Origin: an uncultured Holophaga sp.
Lineage (GTDB): Bacteria; Acidobacteriota; Holophagae; Holophagales; Holophagaceae
DNA length: 64,000 bases
Direction: 5' to 3'
Assembly: GCA_963664825.1 (NCBI GenBank)
Contig: OY761614.1
Location: 3,328,001-3,392,000 of the forward strand
Numbering within the stretch: the first letter of the stretch is position 1; every line of letters begins with the position of its first letter. Under the pieces are notes generated by a model. It had not been told where the DNA came from. It searched no databases and saw only the letters and a program-made list of their open reading frames with translations. This document shows positions 38,094 to 48,112 of this stretch, one piece after another. The position numbers were made by a program, and so were the translations under genes.

Positions 38094-41000
38094 TCACATC
38101 TTCACGGTGAAACAGATATCGCTCAAGGGCCACGGCAGATCCACGCAGCAGGAGGCCGAAAGGGAGATCGGCAGCGCCTCGGCGTGGATATTGGCACCCA
38201 CCCCCGCGCTCACGCAATGCCCGAAGGCGCATACTCCCGCCTCCAGCCCCGCGCCGAAATCGCCGATGATCTTAGGCTGGCGGGTGATCTGGAGCCCCAT
38301 ATCCATCCAGCCCTTGGCGTAGGCCTTCACCCCCACACCGGCTCCCATGTACCAGGTGGAACCGCCCCCCACGGCCAGGCCGACCTCGTTGCCTAGCATC
38401 AGGTAGGCGTTGGAAGAATTGCCCATCAGCCGGCCCACGATGCGCTGGCCATCGCGGTTGCCGGCGTAGATGTGCCAGTTGCCCCCGCCGAAGTGCAGGC
38501 TGCAGGCGGCTGCCTGTTCGCTCTGGCCCAGATCCAGGGCCACCACATCGCCCATGAAACTGAAACCGCCCCAGATGCGCCCATCGAAATTGCCACCGCT
38601 GTATTCCAGACAGCCCCTCAACGGAGCATTGCCCGAAGGGTTGGGCGTCAGCAGCCAGGCGCCGAAATCCATGCGGGCGGCCCCGGAGCTCTTCACCACC
38701 AGTTGACCATCCAGGGTGTAGATGAAGCCATCCGAGGAGCCCAGACGGGCGCCTGCCAGGAAGAGCGTATCGCCCTTGAAGTCGGGTTTGGCGTTGACGA
38801 TGGAGCCGCCATCCTTGAATACATCCAGGCCGAAGTTGTAGGCGAAGCCGCCGCTCAGCCTGAACAGGGAGACGACCTCCGGGTAGATCACGATTCCGCT
38901 GGGCCCCAGGGGCACGTCCACGCGAGTGGCGAAGTAGTCCTTGCCATTTGCGTAGCCCAGCACGAACTGGGCCTTCACCGGCGAGCCGCCGAACATGCTC
39001 AGATCGACCTCGCCGCTGAAGCGGTTGCTGGCCATGGCCGGCGCGCCGCCCGCGGTGGCGCCGGGCTGATAGTTCGTGTTGATCTTGGCCTTCAGGGAAG
39101 GCGATCCCAGAGGGAAGGCCACCTCCGTATTGAAGGGATCCACCTTCACATCCGAGGCCGTGAAGGCGCCGGGCGCACCGGCAGCCTTCAAACCGAAGTT
39201 CATCGTCACCGGCGTGCCCGGAATGACGGGGTTCTCGGAGAGGCGCAGCTTGGCGTTGACCTTCAGGCTGAGGGGGTTTTCCGGGGTGGCGCCGCCCGTG
39301 AGCACGACATTCTGCAGGTCGGCGGGCGTCGGCCCCAGGTAGCTGGCGCGGTTGAGGGTCACGGTGGTGCTTCTGGCCCCGTCATCCCCGAAATACATCA
39401 GACCGTCCAGGCCAAAGCCCACGCGATCCGCATCGAAGATGGCCAGAGGCTTGCCCTCGGCTTTGAGGGAAATGCGCGCCCGGCCCTGCATGACCCAACC
39501 GCCATCCTTGATGGGGATGACCTGAAGGTTCAGCGCGTCCAGAGCCATGGGGCCGCCGGCCAGGGTGGGCCGGGAGGCCGCGTGCAGCTCGTCCAGATCC
39601 AACTTGTAGCCATCGGTGGCCACCAGGGAGGCATTGCCCTTGATGGGATCCTTGAACCAGGGGGAGCGGATCTCGACGTCCTTGTATTTGACGGTGTAGT
39701 TGCCGGTCTGGCCCGTGCCCTCGAAGTGGATCTTGCCCACAGCCATGTGGCCTAGGACGCGGTAATCCGTCTGCCAGGGCCCCACATCCACGGAGCCCTT
39801 CACGCCCAGGCCTTCCAGAGTCCAGTCGGTGGGATGGGGCAAGGGCTTGACCCATTCCCCGCCCTGCTGGATCACGATGGGATTCAGCGTCACCGTGCCC
39901 AGACTCACGCCCACCCACTCGGAAGACTTGCCCCCCTTGGGGTCCACGCCCTCCGTGCCGGAGAGGTCGATGACGATGTTCTCGGCCGAGAAGGCCCAGG
40001 GCGTTGGCCCGAGGCGAGTCGTTTCCAGCTTGAGCCCCTTGGCGATCCAATCGCCTTGGGTCGTGACGGGCGCTTCGGCAACCCATACGGGCTGAGGGCT
40101 TCCCATGGTCATGAGCACCATGCTGGTATCGATGGGGCTCAGGCTGAGGGTGGCCATCAGATCCTGGGGAGCATTCTTGTCGGCAATGGCGCCCCGAACC
40201 CTCTTAAGGGTGCCGAGGACGCCGGGGCCCTTGTAGGCCTGATTGGGCTGGATATCCATGGCCCCCTTGGCCACCGTGACGCCATCCACCTGCCAATCGC
40301 TGAATTTGAGGTCGATCGGAAAGGGCACCAGGGCATCGGAAGCTGTGCCCGCCCGCAGATTGAAGACCAGCAGGCCCTTGCCGCTGGCCCGCTGCATGGG
40401 GCCATCGGGGGTGAGCGTCAGGTTCTTGCCCAGATTGGTGACGGGGAAGATGCCGCCCTTGGTGGGGAAGAAGAGATTGCAGATCACGCCATCCTTGGCA
40501 GCCTTGACCTCATACACCCCCCGGGTCTCCACCCGGTAGGGGGGCTGGAGATGGGTCGGATCCTGCAGAAGGCCGGTGGAGGCCCTTTGGAGGCCCAGAC
40601 TGGACGTCAGATTGGCCACCTGATGGAGGGGCACGTAGGCCACTTGGCCGGGAGCCTGGCTGGGATTGAGCAGGCCCAGGTGCACCTGGGGTTTCCCGGT
40701 CCCTCCCTTCCCGAGGGTATCGACCAGGGTATGGACGAGGCGCGGCGATATGGGCGTCGAAAGGGCATGGCCTGCGGCCAGATGCCCGAGGTTCGTCAGG
40801 TCCTCCGCATCGAGATCGCCGGTCTTTTCCGGAAGCACATAGGCCTCCACCGTGGCGATATGGCGCCCGAGGGAATCCACCGGCAGCGCCGGAGAATTCA
40901 TCACTTCCTCCCCCAAGAGCGGGTTCTGGCAGGTTCTCGCTTCCTCGGCATTGAGTCCGAGGCGCTGGGGGGACATCACTGTCACTTCCCGGGAGCCCAC

Positions 41001-44000
41001 CTGGCGCTCGTCCACCTTCCAGATCACTCGCACGTTGCCGCGCCCGTAGTACTTGATCCGAGTCTTGGCGGAATAGAACAGATTGCAGGTCGTGGTGCTC
41101 GGCGCGTTGGGCCCCTCCGGCACAGGCGTCACATTCACGGCATGGGCGCTGGCCGAGGAGGCCGTCAGCCCCACATGCGCCGTCTGGCTGGCGAGGCTAG
41201 GCCTGGCGCTGGCAGCCTTCTCCCGTGGCTTCCCTACAGGAGCCGTCTGGAGAGCCTTGGGACTCTGGGGCGCCCCCCCCTGCCCTTGCAGGGGCTTCGT
41301 CCCAGAGGCATCGTCCTTCGGAAAATCCAGCTGGGCGGAAACCAGATGCACCGGCAGGAGCGTGCAGGGGTCCGTCCGGTTGTAGACCATGAAGTCCTGG
41401 CAGTACACCACGTACGCCCGGGCCATGGCCTGGGCGGCGCTGGGCCGCATATCCAGGAACTCTCCCCTGTGGGTGCCGAAGGCCACAGCCACTTCAAACT
41501 TGGGTTTGGAGGGTCCAGACCGCGCCACCAGGGGAGTCAGTTTGGGAGACTTGGCAGCCTCCCCGCCACGCAGGGCGGTGAGGCCACTTGCGGAAAGCCG
41601 CGTGAAAACGCCCTGGAAGGATTGGGTGGGCGTGAGGGCCTGGGAGACCTCGCTCACGGTATCGCCGCGGACCATATCCTCGTCGGAGAGCACGAAGACC
41701 TTGACCCGATAGGTGGCGGCGCGGGCGTAGGTGTGGCGGTATTCGCCAGCTCTCACCACGTACGCACTGTAGTAGTCGCACCCGCTCGCGTACAGCGAGT
41801 CCACGGGGCTGCCATGGAAGGGCTCCAGCGTCCCGTCTCCCCAATCCAGGAACACGTTCTTGAAGGTGACCCGATCCACCGTCGAGACATCGATCCCGCC
41901 CTGCCCGCTGCTCACGGAAACAGACCCACCGGAGAGGGCACCGCTGCTGCCGACGGAGAGAGGCGTCACCGAGACCGAGGGCATGCCACTGCCACCGGAA
42001 TATCCCTTGGATTTCACCACCGCCGGAATGAGCCGGTAGGGCACCCTCGCACCGAGATCGAAGGTGCCGGAGAGCAAGACTTCATCGGAGACATAGGTGT
42101 TCAGATCCGCGCTCGTCTTGGGCTTGGCAGGAGTTCCCTCACCAGCCTTGGCGCCCACCTTGGCAGCCAGGACCCCCCTCAAGGGTTTGCTGCTGAGGGT
42201 GGTGGAGGTCAGAAGCCCCATCAAGGGCTTGCCCCCCTCATGGGCCGCCCGATTGGGCTCGATCGTCACTTTCGGATCACTCTGGCTGATGGTGCAGCCC
42301 TTGGGATTAACGCCCTGGGGCGTGACGGGCATGCGGATGGGCCAGACCTCGGAGCGGGAGACCTCGGCGGCGATGGTCTGGTAGACCTTCGGCATGTCCG
42401 CAGCCTTGGTCGGGGCCTGCCCTTGCGTGGAGATGGGCTTATCCAGGGCGGGGGAATGCCCTGCCCCCGGAAGGGTCCCGGAACCCGCGGGCTTGAATCC
42501 CAGGGGGGGTTTCCCGCTCTGGGCCTGGAGCGTCCCACTCTGGGCATTGATCGTCCCGGCCTGGGCCTTGAGTGTCCCGGGCCTGGCCTGTAGGGATTTC
42601 AAGGTCATGGCCCTGGAAGTCGGGGAGGCCGGTTCCCGGGAGGGCCCCGGTCTCAGGAGTGTGAGCGAATTTTCGGAGGGTTTTGGCTCAGGGGATGTCT
42701 TCTGGGCCTTGAGTTCCTCGGCGGAGAGGCAGGGATAGTTGCGGAAACCCACCACCTGCCAGACCACATCGGCCTTCTGGCGCATGATCGCCGGGATATC
42801 CGGGTCCGGCGTCAAGGCCGGCACGTGGGCGGTCGTGAGGGCAGCCTGCTGTTTCGAGGACGCAGCGCCTGGGGCAGGCGCCCTGAAGGCTTTCGTGGTC
42901 TTCCCGGAGGGATTGACCTGGGCCTTTGCACCGCTACTGGCCGTAGCCGGGGCCTTCCCTGCCTGGGAGGCCGCGATGACCTTCCCCCCTGAAGAGGCTA
43001 GGTTCGGGAGCGTATGCGTTCCCCGGAGGCTGCCCAGCTCCTGCACGAAGGCTGGGGTCACATCGAAGGTGTTCCGGTTCCCGGGGATGGGGACCGTCTT
43101 CAGGAGACTCCCATCCTTGGCGTTGAAAAACCTCAGTTCGAAGGATTCCGAAGTGCCTGGATTCTTCTCCTTCCAGGTGAACTGCGTCGCGTCGCGCAGC
43201 ACCGGCAGATCATCGCTCTGGAATTCCCCGCTGGTGTTGACGCCGATGAGGGAATAAGAAGGCGCGCCGAGGGTGATCTGCGAGAGATGGAGCTTCTGGC
43301 CCTCGGTGCAGGCCAGCACCTTTTCCTTGCGGCGCCCGGCCCCGGCGTCCAAGACAAAACCGAGCCTCTTGCCACCCGCGGCGGGGACGAACGTGGAGAA
43401 TCCGGAGCCGACCCTGGTGATCTTAGCCAGATCCACGGGAACAGCGCGGAACACCGCTCCCCCGAGGGGCTGTTTGCCCTTGCCATCGACCTTCGTCAGC
43501 CCCAGGGCGCCCGCGGGCTTGGGGGTGGGCGTCAGGGTCCCCTGGAATTTGGGCCCCGGCTTCCCGCCGGGGAGGCTGCCCGACATGGGCTGGGTGGGAA
43601 CCACGGGGGAGATCGAGGCGGCAAGGGCCGTCGGGGCGGAGCCAGGCCGGATCGCCAGGGTCGAGGCGGCCTTCCCCAGGGGCACGATCTGCAGATGCGC
43701 GCTGCCTGAAGGGCTCCCGCCAGCCTTCCGGGCCTGGAAGACCCGGGTTCCCGGTTGGGCGGTCGGAGCGATGAAGACCTTCACCACCGCCCGCTCGGGG
43801 GACAACACCTTGGGAGCGCCCAGCACGGCGATATCCTTGCCGAGGTTCAGGGTCATGTCAGCGCTGAAGCCGGTGCCAGTGAGGATGAGTTCCACTTCCT
43901 CTCCCGGCTTGGCATTGACCGGGCTCAGGCTCTGCACCACAGGTCCCTTGGCTTCGCCCCCCAGCTTCACGAAATAGCGAATGACGGGCACCGGAAAGGC

Positions 44001-44915
44001 CATGCGGGGCTGGAGCACCTTCAGGGTCACCTTGTGCTCCCCGGCCACATGGGTGGGGAGTTCGATCTGGAATTCCCCAGGCACCGTGCTGGCAAGCGTG
44101 TGATGCCCCTGGCGTTGAAGCGTGCGAACCGGCACGGAGAGGGGGGTAACCAGGGCCTGGCCGCTCCGAAGCGTCGTCAGCTTGGCGAAGCCCAGCTGCT
44201 GGCTCACGGCCCGCTGCACCTGGCCATCCACCACCCACTCGGCCTGCAGCTGGCCCGTACCCTCGTATTTGAGATCGGCATAGGCCACCAGGCCCGATGC
44301 CCCCTGGCTCACTGAGCGTTCGGTCGTCCCGTCCTCCCAGCGCAGCGCCAAGTAAGAGATGCCGAAGGGCGCGCCGGGCCCCTGCTGCCCCACCGGCAGA
44401 TTCAGGGTGAATTCCCGGAGGGGTTCCACCCCCGCATCCTGCACGGTGACGGTGTAATCGCCGGCCTTGAGGAAGGTGTGGGTGAGGCTCGCGCCTCCCT
44501 CCACGGGGGCCGTGCCATCCCCGAATTGCCAATGGACACGCTTGCCCAGGGCCTCCTCCAGCGTCAGGACCACGGCCTTACCGGGCAGCGGGATTGCGGG
44601 AGTCGCGAGCACCCGCCGAGGTTCCACCACCGTCACACTCTGCTGCGAGGTGGTTGTGCCCACAGTCGCCTTCACCTGGAAGGTGCCCGCGCTGCGGTAG
44701 ATGTGTGTGGCGGTACTACCCCCCACCTGGGGGGGCCTGCCGTCCCCGAAATCCCAGTTCACCCCGCCTCCAGCACCCGAGAGTTTGAAGGCCGTTTCCA
44801 GATCCACCCGGGGGCGGGCTGTACTGACCGTGAGGGTCCGCACCAGCACGAGAGGACCGTGCTGCGCCTGGGGCAGGACGGCGACAACCAAGAAGGGAAG
44901 CATCATGGAGCGCAT
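38094..44915 (-). CDS. Giant (2,273 aa) exported protein: PKD-PKD-unknown domain-IPT/TIG-like, Pro/Ala/Lys linkers, long beta-rich C-terminal region
   Basis: Single ORF with GGAG ribosome-binding site; WDFGDG, WQFGDG and DWGDG PKD motifs; signal-like N-terminus. Confidence 0.8.
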   Translation of the reverse strand: MRSMMLPFLVVAVLPQAQHGPLVLVRTLTVSTARPRVDLETAFKLSGAGGGVNWDFGDGRPPQVGGSTATHIYRSAGTFQVKATVGTTTSQQSVTVVEPRRVLATPAIPLPGKAVVLTLEEALGKRVHWQFGDGTAPVEGGASLTHTFLKAGDYTVTVQDAGVEPLREFTLNLPVGQQGPGAPFGISYLALRWEDGTTERSVSQGASGLVAYADLKYEGTGQLQAEWVVDGQVQRAVSQQLGFAKLTTLRSGQALVTPLSVPVRTLQRQGHHTLASTVPGEFQIELPTHVAGEHKVTLKVLQPRMAFPVPVIRYFVKLGGEAKGPVVQSLSPVNAKPGEEVELILTGTGFSADMTLNLGKDIAVLGAPKVLSPERAVVKVFIAPTAQPGTRVFQARKAGGSPSGSAHLQIVPLGKAASTLAIRPGSAPTALAASISPVVPTQPMSGSLPGGKPGPKFQGTLTPTPKPAGALGLTKVDGKGKQPLGGAVFRAVPVDLAKITRVGSGFSTFVPAAGGKRLGFVLDAGAGRRKEKVLACTEGQKLHLSQITLGAPSYSLIGVNTSGEFQSDDLPVLRDATQFTWKEKNPGTSESFELRFFNAKDGSLLKTVPIPGNRNTFDVTPAFVQELGSLRGTHTLPNLASSGGKVIAASQAGKAPATASSGAKAQVNPSGKTTKAFRAPAPGAASSKQQAALTTAHVPALTPDPDIPAIMRQKADVVWQVVGFRNYPCLSAEELKAQKTSPEPKPSENSLTLLRPGPSREPASPTSRAMTLKSLQARPGTLKAQAGTINAQSGTLQAQSGKPPLGFKPAGSGTLPGAGHSPALDKPISTQGQAPTKAADMPKVYQTIAAEVSRSEVWPIRMPVTPQGVNPKGCTISQSDPKVTIEPNRAAHEGGKPLMGLLTSTTLSSKPLRGVLAAKVGAKAGEGTPAKPKTSADLNTYVSDEVLLSGTFDLGARVPYRLIPAVVKSKGYSGGSGMPSVSVTPLSVGSSGALSGGSVSVSSGQGGIDVSTVDRVTFKNVFLDWGDGTLEPFHGSPVDSLYASGCDYYSAYVVRAGEYRHTYARAATYRVKVFVLSDEDMVRGDTVSEVSQALTPTQSFQGVFTRLSASGLTALRGGEAAKSPKLTPLVARSGPSKPKFEVAVAFGTHRGEFLDMRPSAAQAMARAYVVYCQDFMVYNRTDPCTLLPVHLVSAQLDFPKDDASGTKPLQGQGGAPQSPKALQTAPVGKPREKAASARPSLASQTAHVGLTASSASAHAVNVTPVPEGPNAPSTTTCNLFYSAKTRIKYYGRGNVRVIWKVDERQVGSREVTVMSPQRLGLNAEEARTCQNPLLGEEVMNSPALPVDSLGRHIATVEAYVLPEKTGDLDAEDLTNLGHLAAGHALSTPISPRLVHTLVDTLGKGGTGKPQVHLGLLNPSQAPGQVAYVPLHQVANLTSSLGLQRASTGLLQDPTHLQPPYRVETRGVYEVKAAKDGVICNLFFPTKGGIFPVTNLGKNLTLTPDGPMQRASGKGLLVFNLRAGTASDALVPFPIDLKFSDWQVDGVTVAKGAMDIQPNQAYKGPGVLGTLKRVRGAIADKNAPQDLMATLSLSPIDTSMVLMTMGSPQPVWVAEAPVTTQGDWIAKGLKLETTRLGPTPWAFSAENIVIDLSGTEGVDPKGGKSSEWVGVSLGTVTLNPIVIQQGGEWVKPLPHPTDWTLEGLGVKGSVDVGPWQTDYRVLGHMAVGKIHFEGTGQTGNYTVKYKDVEIRSPWFKDPIKGNASLVATDGYKLDLDELHAASRPTLAGGPMALDALNLQVIPIKDGGWVMQGRARISLKAEGKPLAIFDADRVGFGLDGLMYFGDDGARSTTVTLNRASYLGPTPADLQNVVLTGGATPENPLSLKVNAKLRLSENPVIPGTPVTMNFGLKAAGAPGAFTASDVKVDPFNTEVAFPLGSPSLKAKINTNYQPGATAGGAPAMASNRFSGEVDLSMFGGSPVKAQFVLGYANGKDYFATRVDVPLGPSGIVIYPEVVSLFRLSGGFAYNFGLDVFKDGGSIVNAKPDFKGDTLFLAGARLGSSDGFIYTLDGQLVVKSSGAARMDFGAWLLTPNPSGNAPLRGCLEYSGGNFDGRIWGGFSFMGDVVALDLGQSEQAAACSLHFGGGNWHIYAGNRDGQRIVGRLMGNSSNAYLMLGNEVGLAVGGGSTWYMGAGVGVKAYAKGWMDMGLQITRQPKIIGDFGAGLEAGVCAFGHCVSAGVGANIHAEALPISLSASCCVDLPWPLSDICFTVKM

Positions 44916-44958
44916 GGATCACCCGGAGCGTTAGGAACTGTGGTGCATTGCTAGACCT

Positions 44959-46167
44959 TCACTTGCGGCGGGAGCGTTTCTTCGAGAGCGGCAGGATCTC
45001 CAGGCGCGCGCTTCCCGCAGGACCGCCCTTCCCCCGGGATGTGCGCAGGATGCGGGCGCCGCACTTGGCTGTGGGCGCGACGAAGACCTGAACCAGAGCC
45101 TGTTCGGGTCCGATCAGACGAATGGGGCCCACGGGAGCCATGTCGCGGCCCAGATACAGCTCCATATCCGGCGTGAACCGGGAGCCCAAGATCTGCAGCT
45201 CCACTTCTTCGCCGGCCCGCACCCGCCGGGGCAAGACGCCCTTCAGCACGGGGCCCTCCGGATCGGCTCCGAGGCTCACGAAATAGCGAATCACGGGCAC
45301 TTCAAAGGCCAGGCCCGGCTGAAGCACCTTCAGGGTGACCTGATGTTCGCCGGGAACATTGGTGGGCAGGGAGAGCTGGGGCCCGCCCGGATTCACCTGT
45401 CCGCTCTTGAGGGTGATGCGATTGGCAAAGGTCAGTTGCTGAGAGAGGTTGCGGAAGACGACCCCATCCACCAGCCACTGGGCCTGGAAGAGGCCCGTGC
45501 CTTCGTATTTGAGATCGGCGTAGGCAGATAGGCCCGTCTCCCCCTGGTTCACCGTGCGCCGGAGGGTGCCATCCTCCCAATGCAGGGCCACGTAGGAGAT
45601 GCTGAAGGGCGCGCTGGGGCCCGTGGCCCCCACCACGACCTGAGTGCCGATGACGCGGCGTCCATTGGCAGAGGTATCCACCGCACTGACGGTGTAGACG
45701 CCCTGGCGCTGGAAGGCATGGGTGGCCGTGAGCGTATCGGTCATAGTGGGCGCAGTGCCATCGCCGAAATTCCAGGTGATGCCTCCCGTGGAGAAGAAGG
45801 CCTGGGCCTGGAGGGTGATGGGCTGGCCCGCCCCGGGGGCCGCGGGACTGTAGCGGATCCGGCGGGGTTCGGCCACGAAGACGGCCCTCTGGACCGTCGT
45901 GGTGATCCCGGTGGTGGAGCTCACCGTATAGATGGCCCGCACATTGAAGGAACCCGCCGCGGAAAAGGTGTGAGTGCTGACGGCCCCCCCGGCGCTGGTG
46001 GGAGTGCCATCGCCGAAATCCCATGTGACCGAAAAGGGCACCACGCCACTGAGGGTGAAGGAGGTCACCGCGTCCACCCGGGGTTGGGCGGGGTTGGCGC
46101 TGAGCAGGCCTTGAGCCTGAAGGGCCGGACTGACGATGAGGGCGAGCAGGAGCAGGAATGGGCGCAT
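44959..46167 (-). CDS. Exported PKD-PKD-unknown domain-IPT/TIG-like protein; paralog of the giant protein's N-terminus
   Basis: Signal peptide; WDFGDG and WNFGDG; AYADLKYEGTG shared with the giant protein. Confidence 0.8.
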   Translation of the reverse strand: MRPFLLLLALIVSPALQAQGLLSANPAQPRVDAVTSFTLSGVVPFSVTWDFGDGTPTSAGGAVSTHTFSAAGSFNVRAIYTVSSTTGITTTVQRAVFVAEPRRIRYSPAAPGAGQPITLQAQAFFSTGGITWNFGDGTAPTMTDTLTATHAFQRQGVYTVSAVDTSANGRRVIGTQVVVGATGPSAPFSISYVALHWEDGTLRRTVNQGETGLSAYADLKYEGTGLFQAQWLVDGVVFRNLSQQLTFANRITLKSGQVNPGGPQLSLPTNVPGEHQVTLKVLQPGLAFEVPVIRYFVSLGADPEGPVLKGVLPRRVRAGEEVELQILGSRFTPDMELYLGRDMAPVGPIRLIGPEQALVQVFVAPTAKCGARILRTSRGKGGPAGSARLEILPLSKKRSRRK

Positions 46168-46178
46168 AGGGTCTCCGC

Positions 46179-48098
46179 TCAAAACGAGAAGTTGAGCGTC
46201 AGGGAGGCCCGGCGGTCGGCCTCGGGAAGGGTCTGGACGCGGGTGTAGCGGAAGCGCAACGCCAGCACGGCCTGCCCCCGATGGAAGGCCTTCGCCAGGA
46301 AGGGCGTGAGGTAATACTGCAGGGCGGCATCAGCATTGGTGCTGGTCACCGCCGATAGGCCCTGGGCCTCCATGCGGTTATAGCCGCCGTTGAGGGCGAG
46401 ATTGAGCCAGGTCTTCACCAGGGTGATATCAGCGTTCAGGAAGGCGCTGGCCACCTTGGAATCGGCACCAGTCCCATCCTGGGTGCTCTTGGAATAGGAG
46501 AAGGTCGGCGCTAGGCGGATGCGGTCCGGTTCCTGGAAGGAGCCCCCCAGGATCAGGGTGGTGCTATGGCCCGTCGTCGCCGATGCGCCCGTGCCCTCGA
46601 GCTTGTCGAACTGAACGCTGAGGGCCAGGGCTCCCTTGGCCCCCATGGCCCAGTCCAGCCCCGTGAAGACGCCCTCCCGCTTGCTATTGGCGAAGGGCAC
46701 AAGAGCCCCTTGAGGCGTGCCAGCCTCCTGTTCCGCATGGCTGAGACCGGCCTTCAGTGTGATGCCCGTCGTGGGCGTCCAGTGGGCGTCCATGGTCTGG
46801 ACATCATTGCTGGCGCGGGTCTCCAGGGGATCCCCGCCGGGGTTATTGCGCTCGGAAGTGAGGCTGGCATTGAGGGACCAGGCCGGATTCAGGTTCAAGG
46901 AGAAGCCCCCGTCCAGGCCCCGACGATCGCCTTCCATCACCGGGTACCCCAGGGTGCCGAAGTCCCGCCCGATCTGCCGGTACGAGGCCTGGACACTGTA
47001 GCTCTTCTCGTTCCAGGCCCCGCCCACGCGCCAAGCCTGGTCCTGGACCTTGCCGAGGCTATCGTCCACATCCTTGTCGTAGTCGGTGCGGGCGTACTCG
47101 CCATTCAGGCTGAGACGATAATCGAAGAGGGAGGCCTCCAGGGTCAGGGCTCCCGTGCTGCCCTCCCGCCGGGTCATGTAGGAGGCCGCGCCGATATTGA
47201 CTCCCTGGGAGGGGTCATCGCGGCCCGTGAGGAGCACCAGCTTGGATTTCACCCGGCCATCCATCCAGGCGTAGCCCACCGCCCCCCCGAAGAGTTCGGT
47301 GGCCCGGCCGGGCCAGGCCAGGCCCTTGAAACCGTCCAGGGTTTGAGTGTTGACGGCAAAGACATGGGCGTAGAAGGTCCGGTCATCGTAGAGGTAGTCC
47401 ATGCCGCGCCTCCCGGCGCCCCCCACGGTGAATTCCGATTCCTGGAGGGCCATATCGCCCACCTGGGCCCGGTGATCCCGGTAGGTATAGAGGCCCCGCA
47501 ATTCCCCCACGGCCCAGTGGGATTGGCCCGCCGTGGGCTGGTCCTGGTAGGCCACCCGGGTATTGAGGCTCAGGTGATGCTCGCCGGATTCCAGCTCGTA
47601 GCCCAGCGCTACCTGTCCGCTGCTGAAGAAGGTGCGTTCGCCTTCCACCTTCTGGGAGCGATAGACCACCTGCTCCAGGCTCGCCTCCACATGGAAGGGC
47701 ACCTTCTGCTTGAGCTTGGAGGCCTGGCCAGGCGGCTCGGCGGCCACGTCCAGGCTCGCCAGGGATCCGGGGGCGTTTTCCGGGAGGTACGTGATGCCCT
47801 CTCCCCCCTTGAAGGCCAAGTAATACTGGATCTGCCGCCCACCGATTTCACCGGCCGGGAGATCGGCGACCATGCCTCCGGAATCGGCCCGCAGCGCCAG
47901 GCTGCGGAATTCCTCCTCCCCCACCGCGCGGTAGAACACCATGGCCCACACCACGCCCGGAGGCGCCTGGAACGTGAAGCGCACGGGTTCGCTGGGCTTC
48001 GAGGGCGGGAGGGCCTTGAAGGAAGGCGACTGGCCCTGGGCGCAGAGCGCGCAGGCCAGTGCCGAGGCCATGGATAGAGTCCGGAACCTCATCGGCAT
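46179..48098 (-). CDS. Probable outer-membrane beta-barrel protein with N-terminal Ig-like domain
   Basis: Signal peptide, long run of amphipathic beta-strands, C-terminal ASLTLNFSF (terminal Phe beta-signal). Confidence 0.75.
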   Translation of the reverse strand: MPMRFRTLSMASALACALCAQGQSPSFKALPPSKPSEPVRFTFQAPPGVVWAMVFYRAVGEEEFRSLALRADSGGMVADLPAGEIGGRQIQYYLAFKGGEGITYLPENAPGSLASLDVAAEPPGQASKLKQKVPFHVEASLEQVVYRSQKVEGERTFFSSGQVALGYELESGEHHLSLNTRVAYQDQPTAGQSHWAVGELRGLYTYRDHRAQVGDMALQESEFTVGGAGRRGMDYLYDDRTFYAHVFAVNTQTLDGFKGLAWPGRATELFGGAVGYAWMDGRVKSKLVLLTGRDDPSQGVNIGAASYMTRREGSTGALTLEASLFDYRLSLNGEYARTDYDKDVDDSLGKVQDQAWRVGGAWNEKSYSVQASYRQIGRDFGTLGYPVMEGDRRGLDGGFSLNLNPAWSLNASLTSERNNPGGDPLETRASNDVQTMDAHWTPTTGITLKAGLSHAEQEAGTPQGALVPFANSKREGVFTGLDWAMGAKGALALSVQFDKLEGTGASATTGHSTTLILGGSFQEPDRIRLAPTFSYSKSTQDGTGADSKVASAFLNADITLVKTWLNLALNGGYNRMEAQGLSAVTSTNADAALQYYLTPFLAKAFHRGQAVLALRFRYTRVQTLPEADRRASLTLNFSF

Positions 48099-48112
48099 GG
48101 GCACCCCTTCTT

